NCBI GenBank assembly: GCA_963767925.1
Contig: CAVYGB010000008.1
Span: forward strand, 2,208,001-2,272,000
Direction: 5' to 3'
DNA from: an uncultured delta proteobacterium
GTDB taxonomy: Bacteria; Myxococcota_A; Polyangia; Fen-1088
Length of the DNA stretch: 64,000 bases
Position numbers and translations under genes: made by a program. Below the pieces are notes generated by a model, which did not search any database, was not told where the DNA came from, and saw only the letters and a list, made by a program, of their open reading frames with translations. Shown here piece by piece: positions 45,018 through 53,903 of this stretch. Within the stretch, counting starts at the first letter, position 1, and every line of letters starts with the position of its first letter.

Positions 45018-45839
45018 ATGCGCCACCGAACGGCCCATACCTCACCCTGGAAGGTGGTCCTTTTCAACCAGTACAACCTGCTGTTCCTGGCGGGAGCGGC
45101 GGCCTTTTCCCTCGCCCTGGCCTCTCGCTGGCCGGTGATCATCGGCGCGGCGGGCGAGGGCCTCTGGCTGTTTGCCGCCCTCACCAGCCGGGGCGTGCGG
45201 CGCTGGGCGATTCGCCACGTGCTCGAACAGGATCGGGCCCACCGGTCCGCCGAGGGCGCCGCGGTCGTGCAAACCCTCGAGGGTGAATATGCCGCCCGCT
45301 GCGAGAGGCTCGAGACCATCGGGTCGGACATCCGCCGGCTGGTCTGGGACCGGGGGCTCGAGAGCGCCCTGTTCGCCGGGGACGAGAACCGTCTCGAGTC
45401 GCTCCTGCTCGGGTTCAGCCGGATGGCCGCCCTGCACCAGCGCCTCTCCCGGTTCGTCGGGACCTCCTCGCCGGGCCAGCTCGAGGAGGAGCTTCTGGGG
45501 CTCGGCCAGTCCCTCTCCAGCGAGAAGAATCCCTCGGTACGGTTCCTCCTCCAGCAGGCCTTGACCATCGCCCAGCGCCGCTTCGATCAACAGGAGCAGC
45601 TCGGCAGTCAGCTCCGCTTGCTGGGCGTGCGAATGGGCACCCTCGAGATGTCGCTCGACTACCTCCGCTCCCAGATCTTCAGCGGTCGATCGAGACAGGA
45701 GGTCTCGGCCGAGATCGCCCAGATGGTCACCAGCCTCGGGTTCCTGATGGAGATGGAGGCCGAGGTGAACACCTCGGTCGAGCGCATCCAACCCAAGGTG
45801 GTGCCCGTCAGCCAGCCCCAGATCGTGCGCGGCTCGTAA
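45018..45839 (+). CDS. Hypothetical membrane protein (two N-terminal TMs, helical coiled-coil C-terminus)
   Basis: AAGGAG RBS before ATG 45018; FNQYNLLFLAGAAAFSLAL hydrophobic segment. Confidence 0.7.
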   Translation: MRHRTAHTSPWKVVLFNQYNLLFLAGAAAFSLALASRWPVIIGAAGEGLWLFAALTSRGVRRWAIRHVLEQDRAHRSAEGAAVVQTLEGEYAARCERLETIGSDIRRLVWDRGLESALFAGDENRLESLLLGFSRMAALHQRLSRFVGTSSPGQLEEELLGLGQSLSSEKNPSVRFLLQQALTIAQRRFDQQEQLGSQLRLLGVRMGTLEMSLDYLRSQIFSGRSRQEVSAEIAQMVTSLGFLMEMEAEVNTSVERIQPKVVPVSQPQIVRGS

Positions 45840-45844
45840 GACCG

Positions 45845-46633
45845 TCACGGGCCCGGGACCAGGCGATCGTCGGCGATCACGCCTCGGCGCCGCAGCTCAC
45901 GCTTGAGGCCGGCGTACCAGCGGTCGCCCAGGAGGTCGTGCGCCTCGCATTGTCGCGAGATCTCGGCCTGGAGCGCCTCGCTGGGGGACTGGAACATCGA
46001 GCGACAGAGCTGGGGCTCGAGGTTGGACAGCGGCAGGACGTAGCCCTGGACCCCCGGCGTGGTCGCCAGGCAGAGATGCTCCCAGCCCTGGAAGACCGGA
46101 ACCCCGGTCCCGGCTGACACGAGGGCCCGGGTCAGCTCCACCGAGCCGCTGGAGTCCTTGACCCCCACCACGTCTCCCGACCGGCACAGCTCGACGAGGG
46201 TCTCGAGTCCCAGCGCGGTCCCGGCGAGCTTTGGCTCGTTGTAGAGAAAGAGCGGCAGTCCGCTCTCCCGGGCGATGGACCGGTACTGGGCCCGCAGCTC
46301 AACCTCCGAGAGCCCCCGGCCGAAGAGCGGGGGGACCACCACCGCCTCCACAGCCAGCTCCCGGGCCAGTTTGGCCCGCTCGATCACCTCGGCGATGGTC
46401 GGCAACACGATGCCCGCCAGGACCGGCAAACCCCGGGCGAACCGGCGCGTCCAGGTCACCATGTCCCGCCACTGCGCCGCCGACAAGCGCCAGCCTTCGC
46501 CCGAGCTGAGCGCCGGGATCAAGCCGGACGAGGCTGGCCGGACCGATTCGATCAGGCGCTCCACGCTGGCGGCGCAGACCTCTCCGCCGGCAGCCAGGGG
46601 GGTTATCAAAGGGACGATCACATCCTGGTACAC
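45845..46633 (-). CDS. rohR: DHDPS-family aldolase, RohR-like retro-aldolase
   Basis: VPLITPL, LSSGEG, LFLYNEP, VGVKDSSG; GTG start 1 nt after the upstream stop, GGAGGA RBS; third gene of the operon. Confidence 0.78.
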   Translation of the reverse strand: MYQDVIVPLITPLAAGGEVCAASVERLIESVRPASSGLIPALSSGEGWRLSAAQWRDMVTWTRRFARGLPVLAGIVLPTIAEVIERAKLARELAVEAVVVPPLFGRGLSEVELRAQYRSIARESGLPLFLYNEPKLAGTALGLETLVELCRSGDVVGVKDSSGSVELTRALVSAGTGVPVFQGWEHLCLATTPGVQGYVLPLSNLEPQLCRSMFQSPSEALQAEISRQCEAHDLLGDRWYAGLKRELRRRGVIADDRLVPGP

Positions 46634-46634
46634 G

Positions 46635-47138
46635 TCAGGCTCCTCCGAAGACGAGGGGAACACGAAGCTGGAGGGCGTTCTGGTAGAGCGCCTCCAGCTC
46701 CCGGGGGAAAGCAACCTCGCCCCGGACCTCCGGCGGCGTGCGGATCGGCAAGTCCACCGCCCCCAGGAGGGTGGGATCGAGGGTGTAGACCAGGGCCCCG
46801 CGCTCGAGGGCCCGCGCCACCAACAGCCGGTGCAGCACCGGGAGGCGCTGCAACCGGCTGTCGGAGGTCGCCAGCCGCAAGGTGCTGTCCTCGTACCCCT
46901 CCCGGCTCAGGCAGCGCAGGCTCTGCAGGCTGTCCATGAACGGGTAGTAGAGATCCTGCACCTCGCGGCTGAATGTCCAGATGATGTCGTCGCAGCGGCC
47001 GACGTGATCCCAGGTCATCAGGATCACGGAATCCCGTCGGCTCGCCACGAAGTTCTTGCACCGGAGCCGCTGGGGCTCGGCGGCCGCGTTCATCCCGAGG
47101 AAGACGCTGTAGTCGATATATTCGCGCTCACTGTCCAT
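46635..47138 (-). CDS. rohQ: RohQ-like guanidinoacetaldehyde cyclodehydratase
   Basis: YIDYSVFLGMN, VGRCDDIIW, QDLYYPFMD, FP..LEALY...L.LRV motifs as recalled for RohQ; overlaps the rohP stop. Confidence 0.72.
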   Translation of the reverse strand: MDSEREYIDYSVFLGMNAAAEPQRLRCKNFVASRRDSVILMTWDHVGRCDDIIWTFSREVQDLYYPFMDSLQSLRCLSREGYEDSTLRLATSDSRLQRLPVLHRLLVARALERGALVYTLDPTLLGAVDLPIRTPPEVRGEVAFPRELEALYQNALQLRVPLVFGGA

Positions 47139-48354
47139 ACCGTTGGATCTCCAGCGCGAGCTGCCGCGCGGCCGCCCGGAACATCCTCGGCTCCCGGGCC
47201 AGCGCCACCCGGACGAAGCGGTTGCCCTTGTGGCGCTCGTTCCAGAAGAAGAAGTTCCCCGGCAGGACGTAGACGTCCCGGGCGAGCAGCTTGCGATGGA
47301 AGGTGAGGGCGTCCATGCCGAGCCCCGAGATATCCAGCCAGGCCACGCTGACGTTCACCCGTGGCTTGCAGTCCCGCACCGGCGTGTCGGCCAGGGCCAG
47401 GGCGAGCTCGCTCCGGTTGGTGGTGATGACGTTGCGGACCGAGGCGAACCCGTCGCGCTCCGAGTCACGCAGGTAGCGGGTCAACATGTTCAGAACGAAG
47501 GGCGAGACATTGAGCAGCACGCTGGTGTGGATGTCGTAGATCGCAGGGTACATGTCCCGGCTGCTCATGAGGATGGCGGCCTTGGCGTCCTGGAGCGGCC
47601 AGACCTTGCCGGTGTCCTCGATGACGATGTACGAGACGCCCGACGATTCGAGCAGCTCGTAGACGTCGAACCATTGCGCCGAACCATCCATCAGCGCAAA
47701 CGAGGCGAAGCAACGGTCGATTATCAACAGCTTGCCGTGATCCACGCAAAAACGAACCACCTCCTCGAAGCCGCGACGTCCCTCCGTCAACAGGGTGAAG
47801 CCGGTCGGGTTGTTGGGATCGACGAGGAAGAGCGCGTCGGTCGTCACCTTCTCCCGCAGGTTCTGGTAGATCTTGTCGACGTCGGCGAGGTCGCTCTCCG
47901 GGAGAGAATTCAACGGAATTCGCTGGTTCTTCAACAGATCGTGCAAATTGTCGAAGCAGGGCTCGATCAGCGTGACCGACATCTTCCGTTGCATGAGGTA
48001 CATGGCCGCCACCATGGTCGAGATCGAGGAGGCGTAGGCCAGCAGGGCCCGGCCGGTCTGCAGCGCGGTCGGCTGCCGTTGCAACTCGAAGAACGCGGTA
48101 ATGAAGTCCTGCTCGATGTCCCGCTGCAGGCTACCTTCCGACTCGTACCAGAGGTCGGGGAGGCTCTGGACGATCTGTTGCTGGGTCAGCGATTGCCGCT
48201 GATGGGTGTGGGCGTCGGCGAGGTTGTGGCGCCGGGTGAGAGCGTCGATCTCGTGCTGGGTGATGTCTGCGTGTCGGTCGGCCAGCGGATTGGGAGCAGG
48301 CTTGGAGGGGCGACGGGCAACGGCAGGACGAGAGAAGGAAGAAGATGAGATCAT
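47128..48354 (-). CDS. rohP: PLP/O2-dependent L-arginine oxidase/hydroxylase (RohP/MppP family)
   Basis: TQHEIDAL...NLADAHTHQ, LIEPCFDNL, FLVDPNNPTG, IEDTGKVWPLQDAK (PLP Lys), VLPGNFFFW, RVALARE; GGAGG RBS before ATG 48354. Confidence 0.88.
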   Translation of the reverse strand: MISSSSFSRPAVARRPSKPAPNPLADRHADITQHEIDALTRRHNLADAHTHQRQSLTQQQIVQSLPDLWYESEGSLQRDIEQDFITAFFELQRQPTALQTGRALLAYASSISTMVAAMYLMQRKMSVTLIEPCFDNLHDLLKNQRIPLNSLPESDLADVDKIYQNLREKVTTDALFLVDPNNPTGFTLLTEGRRGFEEVVRFCVDHGKLLIIDRCFASFALMDGSAQWFDVYELLESSGVSYIVIEDTGKVWPLQDAKAAILMSSRDMYPAIYDIHTSVLLNVSPFVLNMLTRYLRDSERDGFASVRNVITTNRSELALALADTPVRDCKPRVNVSVAWLDISGLGMDALTFHRKLLARDVYVLPGNFFFWNERHKGNRFVRVALAREPRMFRAAARQLALEIQRYGQ

Positions 48355-48923
48355 GGAAAGCCTCCTGGGCTGGATGTGAACGGGGGTGCGGCTTTTCCTA
48401 AGCAAGTCTGGGTTATAATGCTTCGTATAATCAATTTATGCCACGGAGCGCCTGGGTGTTGGAAGGTTCCAATCGCTGCGGGCGAGCCTGATTCGAGCGT
48501 AGGTGCCTGTACGTAACGTGTGTGAACCATCTACTGCGGGCATCACACGGGTGCTCATGGCCCCGTCGGGGGACCCTCCAGGTGGACCCAACAGCGCCCG
48601 ACATTCCCGGAGTGGGGCACACAACGGTCGACACCTGGGCCCTTGGATCGTCTACCAGAGTCAGGTCCCCCTGCAAAACCGCCGAGCCAATTGTTACCCC
48701 CTACACGTGCAATCAAAACTGAGTCCCCGTGTGGCGATCGCTCGGCCGCTCTCTGTACGTCAGGCCCCGAAGCTGGGCTTTTTCCCCGCCCTCTCTACCG
48801 TCCTGGCGGGAGGCCAGCGTGACGTCGGCTCACCGAGGAAGACACGGCCCTACATATCGCCTCAACGACAATTGCTGAGGACGCCCGACAGGGGACAGCC
48901 CCGAGACGGCGCTCGGCGCGCGG

Positions 48924-49799
48924 TCAGCGGGTGACGAGGGTGCCGACGCCCCTCTCGGTGAACAGCTCGACCACCACGCTATGAGGGGCTCGGCCGTCCA
49001 CGACGTGTACGGCTTCGACCCCGCCCTCGATCGCACGCAGGATGGCCTGGGCCTTGACGGCCATGCCGCCTTTCACCGCGCGCCCCTCCTGCAAGCGGCC
49101 GCCGAGATCGGTCGCCCGCAGCTGGGTCAAGAGCTGCCCGTTCTCGTCGAGGATGCCGGGCACGTCGGTCAGATAGATGAGCTTCTGCGCCTTGAGGGCC
49201 ACCGCGATCTCGGCCGCGGCCACGTCGGCGTTGATGTTGTAGGTGGTCCCGTCGAGGGCGGCGCCGATGGGAGAGACGACGGGGATGTAGCTCTTGTCGA
49301 TGCACATCTCGAGCACGTCCGGGTGGACGGCCTCGACGTCGCCGACCAGGCCGAGGTCGGGTTTACCCGGGCGAGGGGCCTGCTTGCGGGCCTGCAGGAG
49401 CCGCCCGTCTTTACCCGAGAGGCCCATCGCCGAGCCACCCAGCGCCTGGATGAGACCGACGATCTCGCTGTTCACCCGCCCGGTGAGCACCATCTCGACG
49501 ACCTTCATCTCCTCGGGACCGGTGATCCGCTGGCCGTCGACGAACTCGCTCTTCTGCCCCAGTCGCTCGAGGGTGCGGTTGATCTCCGGTCCTCCGCCGT
49601 GGACCACCACCGGCCGCAGGCCGGCCGCCCGCAGCAGCACCACGTCCTGGGCGAAGGCTCGCTTGAGCTCGGGATCCACCATGGCAGCGCCCCCGTATTT
49701 GATGACCGCCCGGGTGCCGGAGAAGCGCTGGATGTAGCGGAGCGCCGAGACCACCAGCTCGCGCTGATTGGCCAGGCTGTCGTCGGAGGTGTCGTTCAT
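48924..49799 (-). CDS. argB: Acetylglutamate kinase
   Basis: VIKYGGAAM, VVHGGGPEI, YNINAD, LTDVPGI, GGMAVK. Confidence 0.95.
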   Translation of the reverse strand: MNDTSDDSLANQRELVVSALRYIQRFSGTRAVIKYGGAAMVDPELKRAFAQDVVLLRAAGLRPVVVHGGGPEINRTLERLGQKSEFVDGQRITGPEEMKVVEMVLTGRVNSEIVGLIQALGGSAMGLSGKDGRLLQARKQAPRPGKPDLGLVGDVEAVHPDVLEMCIDKSYIPVVSPIGAALDGTTYNINADVAAAEIAVALKAQKLIYLTDVPGILDENGQLLTQLRATDLGGRLQEGRAVKGGMAVKAQAILRAIEGGVEAVHVVDGRAPHSVVVELFTERGVGTLVTR

Positions 49800-50893
49800 G
49801 GCAGATGACCCACGAGATCGAGGAGCCCCGAGGTTTCGGGGAGGCCGAACATCAGATTGGCGTTCTGGACCGCCTGGCCGGCGGCGCCCTTGACCAGGTT
49901 GTCCATCGAGGCGAACACGACGGCGATCCGTCGGTCGGCGTCGGCCCTGGCGCCCATCACGACCCGGTTGGTCCCCACCGTGGCGGCCAGGTTGACCTTC
50001 TCGGCATCGGTCTGGCGCAGGAACGGCTTTCCCTCGACGAAGGTGGCCAGGGCCCGCGTGACCGCTGCGTTGGCATCGCCGGCCGCGGCCGCCGAGGTGA
50101 GGCGGGCATAAGCGGTGGCGAGGATCCCCCGGCGCACCGGCAGCAGGTGGGCGGTGAAGACGACCCGCAGGCCCGGGCTCCCTCCCAGGGCCAGGATGCG
50201 CTCGATCTCCGGCGTGTGCTGATGGCGCAGGACCCGGTAGGCCCGGAAGTCGCCGTCCACTTCGGAGAAGGACAGCTCCTCGGTGGCCTTGCGCCCCGCC
50301 CCCGTGGTCCCGCTCTTGGCGTCGATGATGATCGAGCCCGGGTCGACCAGCCCGGCCCGGAGCAAGGGCAACACCGCCAGGGCCGAGACCGTGGGGTAGC
50401 AGCCGGGATTGGAGACGAGGCGGGCGGCGGGCAGCCGCTCGGCCGTCCCGGTCGCCTCGGGCAAGGAGTAGACCGCCTCGCCGAGCAGGCCCGGCTGGCC
50501 ATGGGCGAACCCATACCAGGCCGGGTACTCGGCCGCCGACAACCGGAAGCCGCCCGACAGATCGACGACCCGCGTGCCCGCTGCCAGCGCCCGCGGGGCC
50601 AGCTCGATCGAGGCTTCGGGCGGGGTGCAGAGGAACAGCACCTCGACCTCGCCGAACGCGTTTTTCCCGTCGGCTTGCGAGAGGCAGGTGACCTCGGCGG
50701 CCGGGCCAGGCAAGGCCAGGCGGTCCCCCAGGCTGGCGCCGGCCCACTTGTCCGAGGTCGCCATCACCGGCGCAAACACCGGGTGTCGCGCCAGGATGCG
50801 CACCAGCTCCATCCCGGAGTAGCCAGAGACACCGACGATGCCGGCGCGGATTCGACGCTCACCCACGGACGCCGCGTTCGGCCCTTTGATCAT
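49796..50893 (-). CDS. argC: N-acetyl-gamma-glutamyl-phosphate reductase
   Basis: GVSGYSG, VDLSGGFR, SNPGCYPT, SGTTGAGR, HQHTPEI, DNLVKGAAGQAVQN; ATGA overlap with argB. Confidence 0.95.
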   Translation of the reverse strand: MIKGPNAASVGERRIRAGIVGVSGYSGMELVRILARHPVFAPVMATSDKWAGASLGDRLALPGPAAEVTCLSQADGKNAFGEVEVLFLCTPPEASIELAPRALAAGTRVVDLSGGFRLSAAEYPAWYGFAHGQPGLLGEAVYSLPEATGTAERLPAARLVSNPGCYPTVSALAVLPLLRAGLVDPGSIIIDAKSGTTGAGRKATEELSFSEVDGDFRAYRVLRHQHTPEIERILALGGSPGLRVVFTAHLLPVRRGILATAYARLTSAAAAGDANAAVTRALATFVEGKPFLRQTDAEKVNLAATVGTNRVVMGARADADRRIAVVFASMDNLVKGAAGQAVQNANLMFGLPETSGLLDLVGHLP

Positions 50894-50904
50894 GGCGGGC
50901 AACT

Positions 50905-52125
50905 ATGGCGGCCTTCGCCCGGCCAGACAAGGGGCGACGCCGTCGTGCGACGTCGTGCGCAAGCCCGGACGCTCGCGCCACCATCGCCCGTGTCGCCCGG
51001 CAGTGGGCCTCTCCCCGGCCCGACCCGGGTTATCCTCCACGCGCCTTGCCCCCGGCCTTCCTCGCACTCCTGCTGCTTGGCCAGCAGCCCGTCCTCGCCG
51101 ACGCGCCCTCGCCCGGTTCGCCTGCCGTGCCGGCGCCGGGGCCGGCCCGGGGGATCCTGCCCACCGCGGCGGCGATCGTACCGGGCCTCCTGCTTCACGG
51201 CAGCGGCCACTTCGTAGCAGGAGACCGCCGGACCGCGCTCCGGCTCCTGGCGGCCCAGGGCATAGGGCTGGGCGGCATGGTGGCGGGTCTGGCTGGCCTG
51301 GCGGTGACCGGGGCCTCGCCCCGCTTCGTTTCCCCCATCATCCTGCTCACGGCCGCCGGCGCGGCCCTCTTCACCACCTCCGCCCTCGCCGACCTCTACG
51401 GCGTGCTCGCCCCGCCCGGTGGCACCGGAGCGGCCCCCGCCGATCTCCCCGCCCTGGAAGCAGGCGGAGGCGCCCTGCTGGTGCGGAACCCGGTCTTCCC
51501 CTACCGCTGGCTGGCCGCCGTCACGCTGGACGCCCGCGCCGGCCGCTGGCGCCTGTGGCCGCGGCTGTACGGAACCGCAAACGGCCAGACGGTGCGGGCG
51601 GAGCTGCGGGGCAGTTACCGCCTCACCGGCCTCCGCCCCAGCTCCGTCGACCTCTCGGGCGCCCTGGTGCACCACCGGGAGGGCGGGGACGTGATCCCGT
51701 TCGGCACCACCCTGGCGGAGCTGAGCCTCGACGGGCGCACCCGGCTCGACGCCCTGGCGCCGTCCCTGGCCGGCTCGTTCCTGGACTGGAGCGGCGGACT
51801 GGCCTTCGGCGGCATGTACTTCGGCGGCGCCGTCGACGCGCTCGAGGCCACCGACCTGCTGCTGGCCCGCTTCGGCTTCGGGTTCTTCCTCGGCCGTTCG
51901 AGCGACCCCCGGGGCGAGGTGGTGTTCGGCTACGACCACCGGCACGACGACTTTGCCGGTGGCCTCAAGATGCCCGGTCTCGGCAGCGGCCCCGCGGGGA
52001 GCTTTGGCCTCGAGGCTTCGATCTACGTCCGGCCCCGCTGGGGCCTGCGGGCGGTGGCCCGGGCCGGGTCGGCCCACGTGGTCGGGCTGTCGCTCCTGTA
52101 TCGGCGTCCGCCGGAGGGACGATGA
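50905..52125 (+). CDS. Hypothetical membrane protein (helical TMs followed by a beta-strand-rich domain); start uncertain
   Basis: VPGLLLHGSGHF motif plus hydrophobic helices and alternating aromatic strands; ATGA overlap with the next gene. Confidence 0.6.
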   Translation: MAAFARPDKGRRRRATSCASPDARATIARVARQWASPRPDPGYPPRALPPAFLALLLLGQQPVLADAPSPGSPAVPAPGPARGILPTAAAIVPGLLLHGSGHFVAGDRRTALRLLAAQGIGLGGMVAGLAGLAVTGASPRFVSPIILLTAAGAALFTTSALADLYGVLAPPGGTGAAPADLPALEAGGGALLVRNPVFPYRWLAAVTLDARAGRWRLWPRLYGTANGQTVRAELRGSYRLTGLRPSSVDLSGALVHHREGGDVIPFGTTLAELSLDGRTRLDALAPSLAGSFLDWSGGLAFGGMYFGGAVDALEATDLLLARFGFGFFLGRSSDPRGEVVFGYDHRHDDFAGGLKMPGLGSGPAGSFGLEASIYVRPRWGLRAVARAGSAHVVGLSLLYRRPPEGR

Positions 52126-53231
52126 GGGCAAGGCGCAGGCTCACGCTCGTCCTCCAGCTCGGGCTGGCGCTGACCCCCACCGGCTGCCTCGACGTCGCCG
52201 AGGGGCGCGCCCGCCGCGACGAGGCGGTCGGTCGGGCCCGGGCGGGCGGGACCGCGGTCCGGGTGGAAGCGGGCCTGGCCGCGGTCCACGCCATCGGGAC
52301 GCAGGAGCTGCGGCTCTGGGCGCAGGCTCCGGCGCTGGTGTTCGAGCTGACCCGGGCCGACCCCGCCGCACCCCTGACGATCACCGTCCAGAACGCGCTC
52401 CCCGACGCCGCCCTCACCTCCGCCGAGGGACAGGCGCTCCCCCTGCTCCCCGCCGACCCGTCGGAACCGGCCACGGTCCGGAGCTGGCGGCTCGATCAAG
52501 CCGCCGGGCCGAGCCTGCGGCTGCTGCTGGCCGCACCGGACCAGGAGCGCCCGGCGCCCTTCCGCTTCGCCCTCTACGCCGACGTGCAGGAGCGCATCGA
52601 CGACGTGCAGGACCTCTACCGCCGCATGAACGCCGATCCCAGCATCCGCTTCGCGCTCATGAGCGGCGATCTGACCGACATGGGCGCCCGCGATCAGCTG
52701 CTCCGCTTCCAGCGCGAGATGCGCACCCTCGCCTTCCCGGTCTACGCCACCCTCGGCAACCACGAGCTCGGCGCGGCCGGCCCCCCCTTTCACGACCTGT
52801 TCGGCCGGGGCAGCTTCAGCTTCACCTTCCGGGGCGCCCGTTTCACCCTGCTCGACTCGGGCAGCGCCACCCTGGCCCCCCAGGTGTACGACTGGCTGGA
52901 CGGCTGGCTGGCGGCGGGGGCCCGGTCCTTCCACCTCGTCGCCACCCACATCGCGCCGCTCGATCCAGCGGGGACCCGCAACGGCGCCTTCGCCAGCCGC
53001 CTCGAGGCCGGGCTGCTGCTGGGCCGCCTGGCGGCCGGGGGCGTGGACGCGACCATCTACGGGCACGTCCATTCCTATTACGCCTTCGCCAACGCCGGCA
53101 TCCCCGCGTACATCAGCGGCGGCGGCGGCGGCATCCCCGAGCGCCTCGACGGGATCGGCCGCCACTACCTCACGATCGACGTCCATCCGACGACCCAGCA
53201 GCACCAGGTCGCGGTGGTGCGGGTCGACTAG
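52122..53231 (+). CDS. Calcineurin-like metallophosphoesterase lipoprotein
   Basis: ADVQ, SGDLTD, LGNHE, ATHIAP, YGHVH motifs; lipobox-like PTGC. Confidence 0.88.
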   Translation: MRARRRLTLVLQLGLALTPTGCLDVAEGRARRDEAVGRARAGGTAVRVEAGLAAVHAIGTQELRLWAQAPALVFELTRADPAAPLTITVQNALPDAALTSAEGQALPLLPADPSEPATVRSWRLDQAAGPSLRLLLAAPDQERPAPFRFALYADVQERIDDVQDLYRRMNADPSIRFALMSGDLTDMGARDQLLRFQREMRTLAFPVYATLGNHELGAAGPPFHDLFGRGSFSFTFRGARFTLLDSGSATLAPQVYDWLDGWLAAGARSFHLVATHIAPLDPAGTRNGAFASRLEAGLLLGRLAAGGVDATIYGHVHSYYAFANAGIPAYISGGGGGIPERLDGIGRHYLTIDVHPTTQQHQVAVVRVD

Positions 53232-53389
53232 CGCCTCGCGGCAGAAGATCGGTCATGGTTTCGGCGTCGAGGTGCCCCGCCAGCAAGGCGACGACGAGTG
53301 ATACTGGACGTATTTCGAGGAGGAGCAACGCAGCTGGCGGGGATGCATGGCGGCGAAACCATGGCCGAGATTCTGCCGTGAGGCACCAG
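53228..53389. repeat. Palindromic MITE/REP-like element with ~55-bp imperfect inverted arms
   Basis: CTAGCGCCTCGCGGCAGAAGATCGGTCATGGTTTCG...CCCCGCCAGC pairs with GCTGGCGGGG...CGAAACCATGGCCGAGATTCTGCCGTGAGGCACCAG. Confidence 0.8.
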
Positions 53390-53404
53390 GGACTGTTTTC
53401 GAAG

Positions 53405-53439
53405 TAGTCGGGTTCCCTCGCTTCGCTCGGGCCCGACTA
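53405..53439. repeat. Short REP-like hairpin
   Basis: TAGTCGGG...CCCGACTA arms enclosing CCCTCGCTTCGCTCGG. Confidence 0.6.
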
Positions 53440-53442
53440 GCG

Positions 53443-53874
53443 CTATCCGGTGTGGCCGAAGCCGCCGGCGCCCCGGGTGGTGTCGGACAGCTCCTCGGCC
53501 TCGACAATCTCGGCCCGGGTCACGGGGGCGATCACGAGCTGGGCGATGCGATCGCCGGGAGCAATGGTGTGTGGGGCCTGCCCCAGGTTCACGAGCAGGA
53601 CCACCAGCTCGCCCCGGTAGTCCGCGTCGATGGTCCCGGGAGCGTTCACCACCGTGACACCGTGGCGGCTGGCCAGCCCGGAACGCGGCCGCACCTGCCC
53701 CTCGTGACCGGCAGGCAGCTCCATGGCCAGGCCGGTAGGCACCCCCAGCCGCTCGCCCGGCAGCAGGGTCAGCGGCCCCTCGGCCGCCGACGCCAGATCC
53801 ATCCCCGCCGCCCCCGCCGTCATGTAGCGGGGCAACAGGGCGGCGGGGCGGAGCTTTCGAAACCGGACCGTCAT
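53443..53874 (-). CDS. dut: dUTP diphosphatase
   Basis: [42 protein letters not shown]. Confidence 0.97.
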   Translation of the reverse strand: MTVRFRKLRPAALLPRYMTAGAAGMDLASAAEGPLTLLPGERLGVPTGLAMELPAGHEGQVRPRSGLASRHGVTVVNAPGTIDADYRGELVVLLVNLGQAPHTIAPGDRIAQLVIAPVTRAEIVEAEELSDTTRGAGGFGHTG

Positions 53875-53903
53875 GACGATCGGGTCGGGCGGGGCCCGGT
53901 CGA

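Noticed and set aside
45845..46633. dapA (lysine biosynthesis) call
   Set aside because: Lacks GTTGE (has LSSGEG), is short, and is coupled to rohP/rohQ-like genes
47128..48354. Enduracididine (mppPQR) or indolmycin-type pathway
   Set aside because: No MppQ, MppR or NRPS genes nearby; the neighbours match the roh arrangement
48421..48431. CTTCGTATAAT resembling part of loxP
   Set aside because: Only 11 bp match, with no second arm and no recombinase nearby
48500..48700. Guanidine riboswitch upstream of rohP
   Set aside because: No paired G-ACGR-C hairpins or ykkC-type consensus visible
53228..53389. 6S or SRP RNA
   Set aside because: No SRP GGAA/AGCAG motif; the CTAG-bounded palindrome fits a repeat element better; cannot be confirmed without a covariance search
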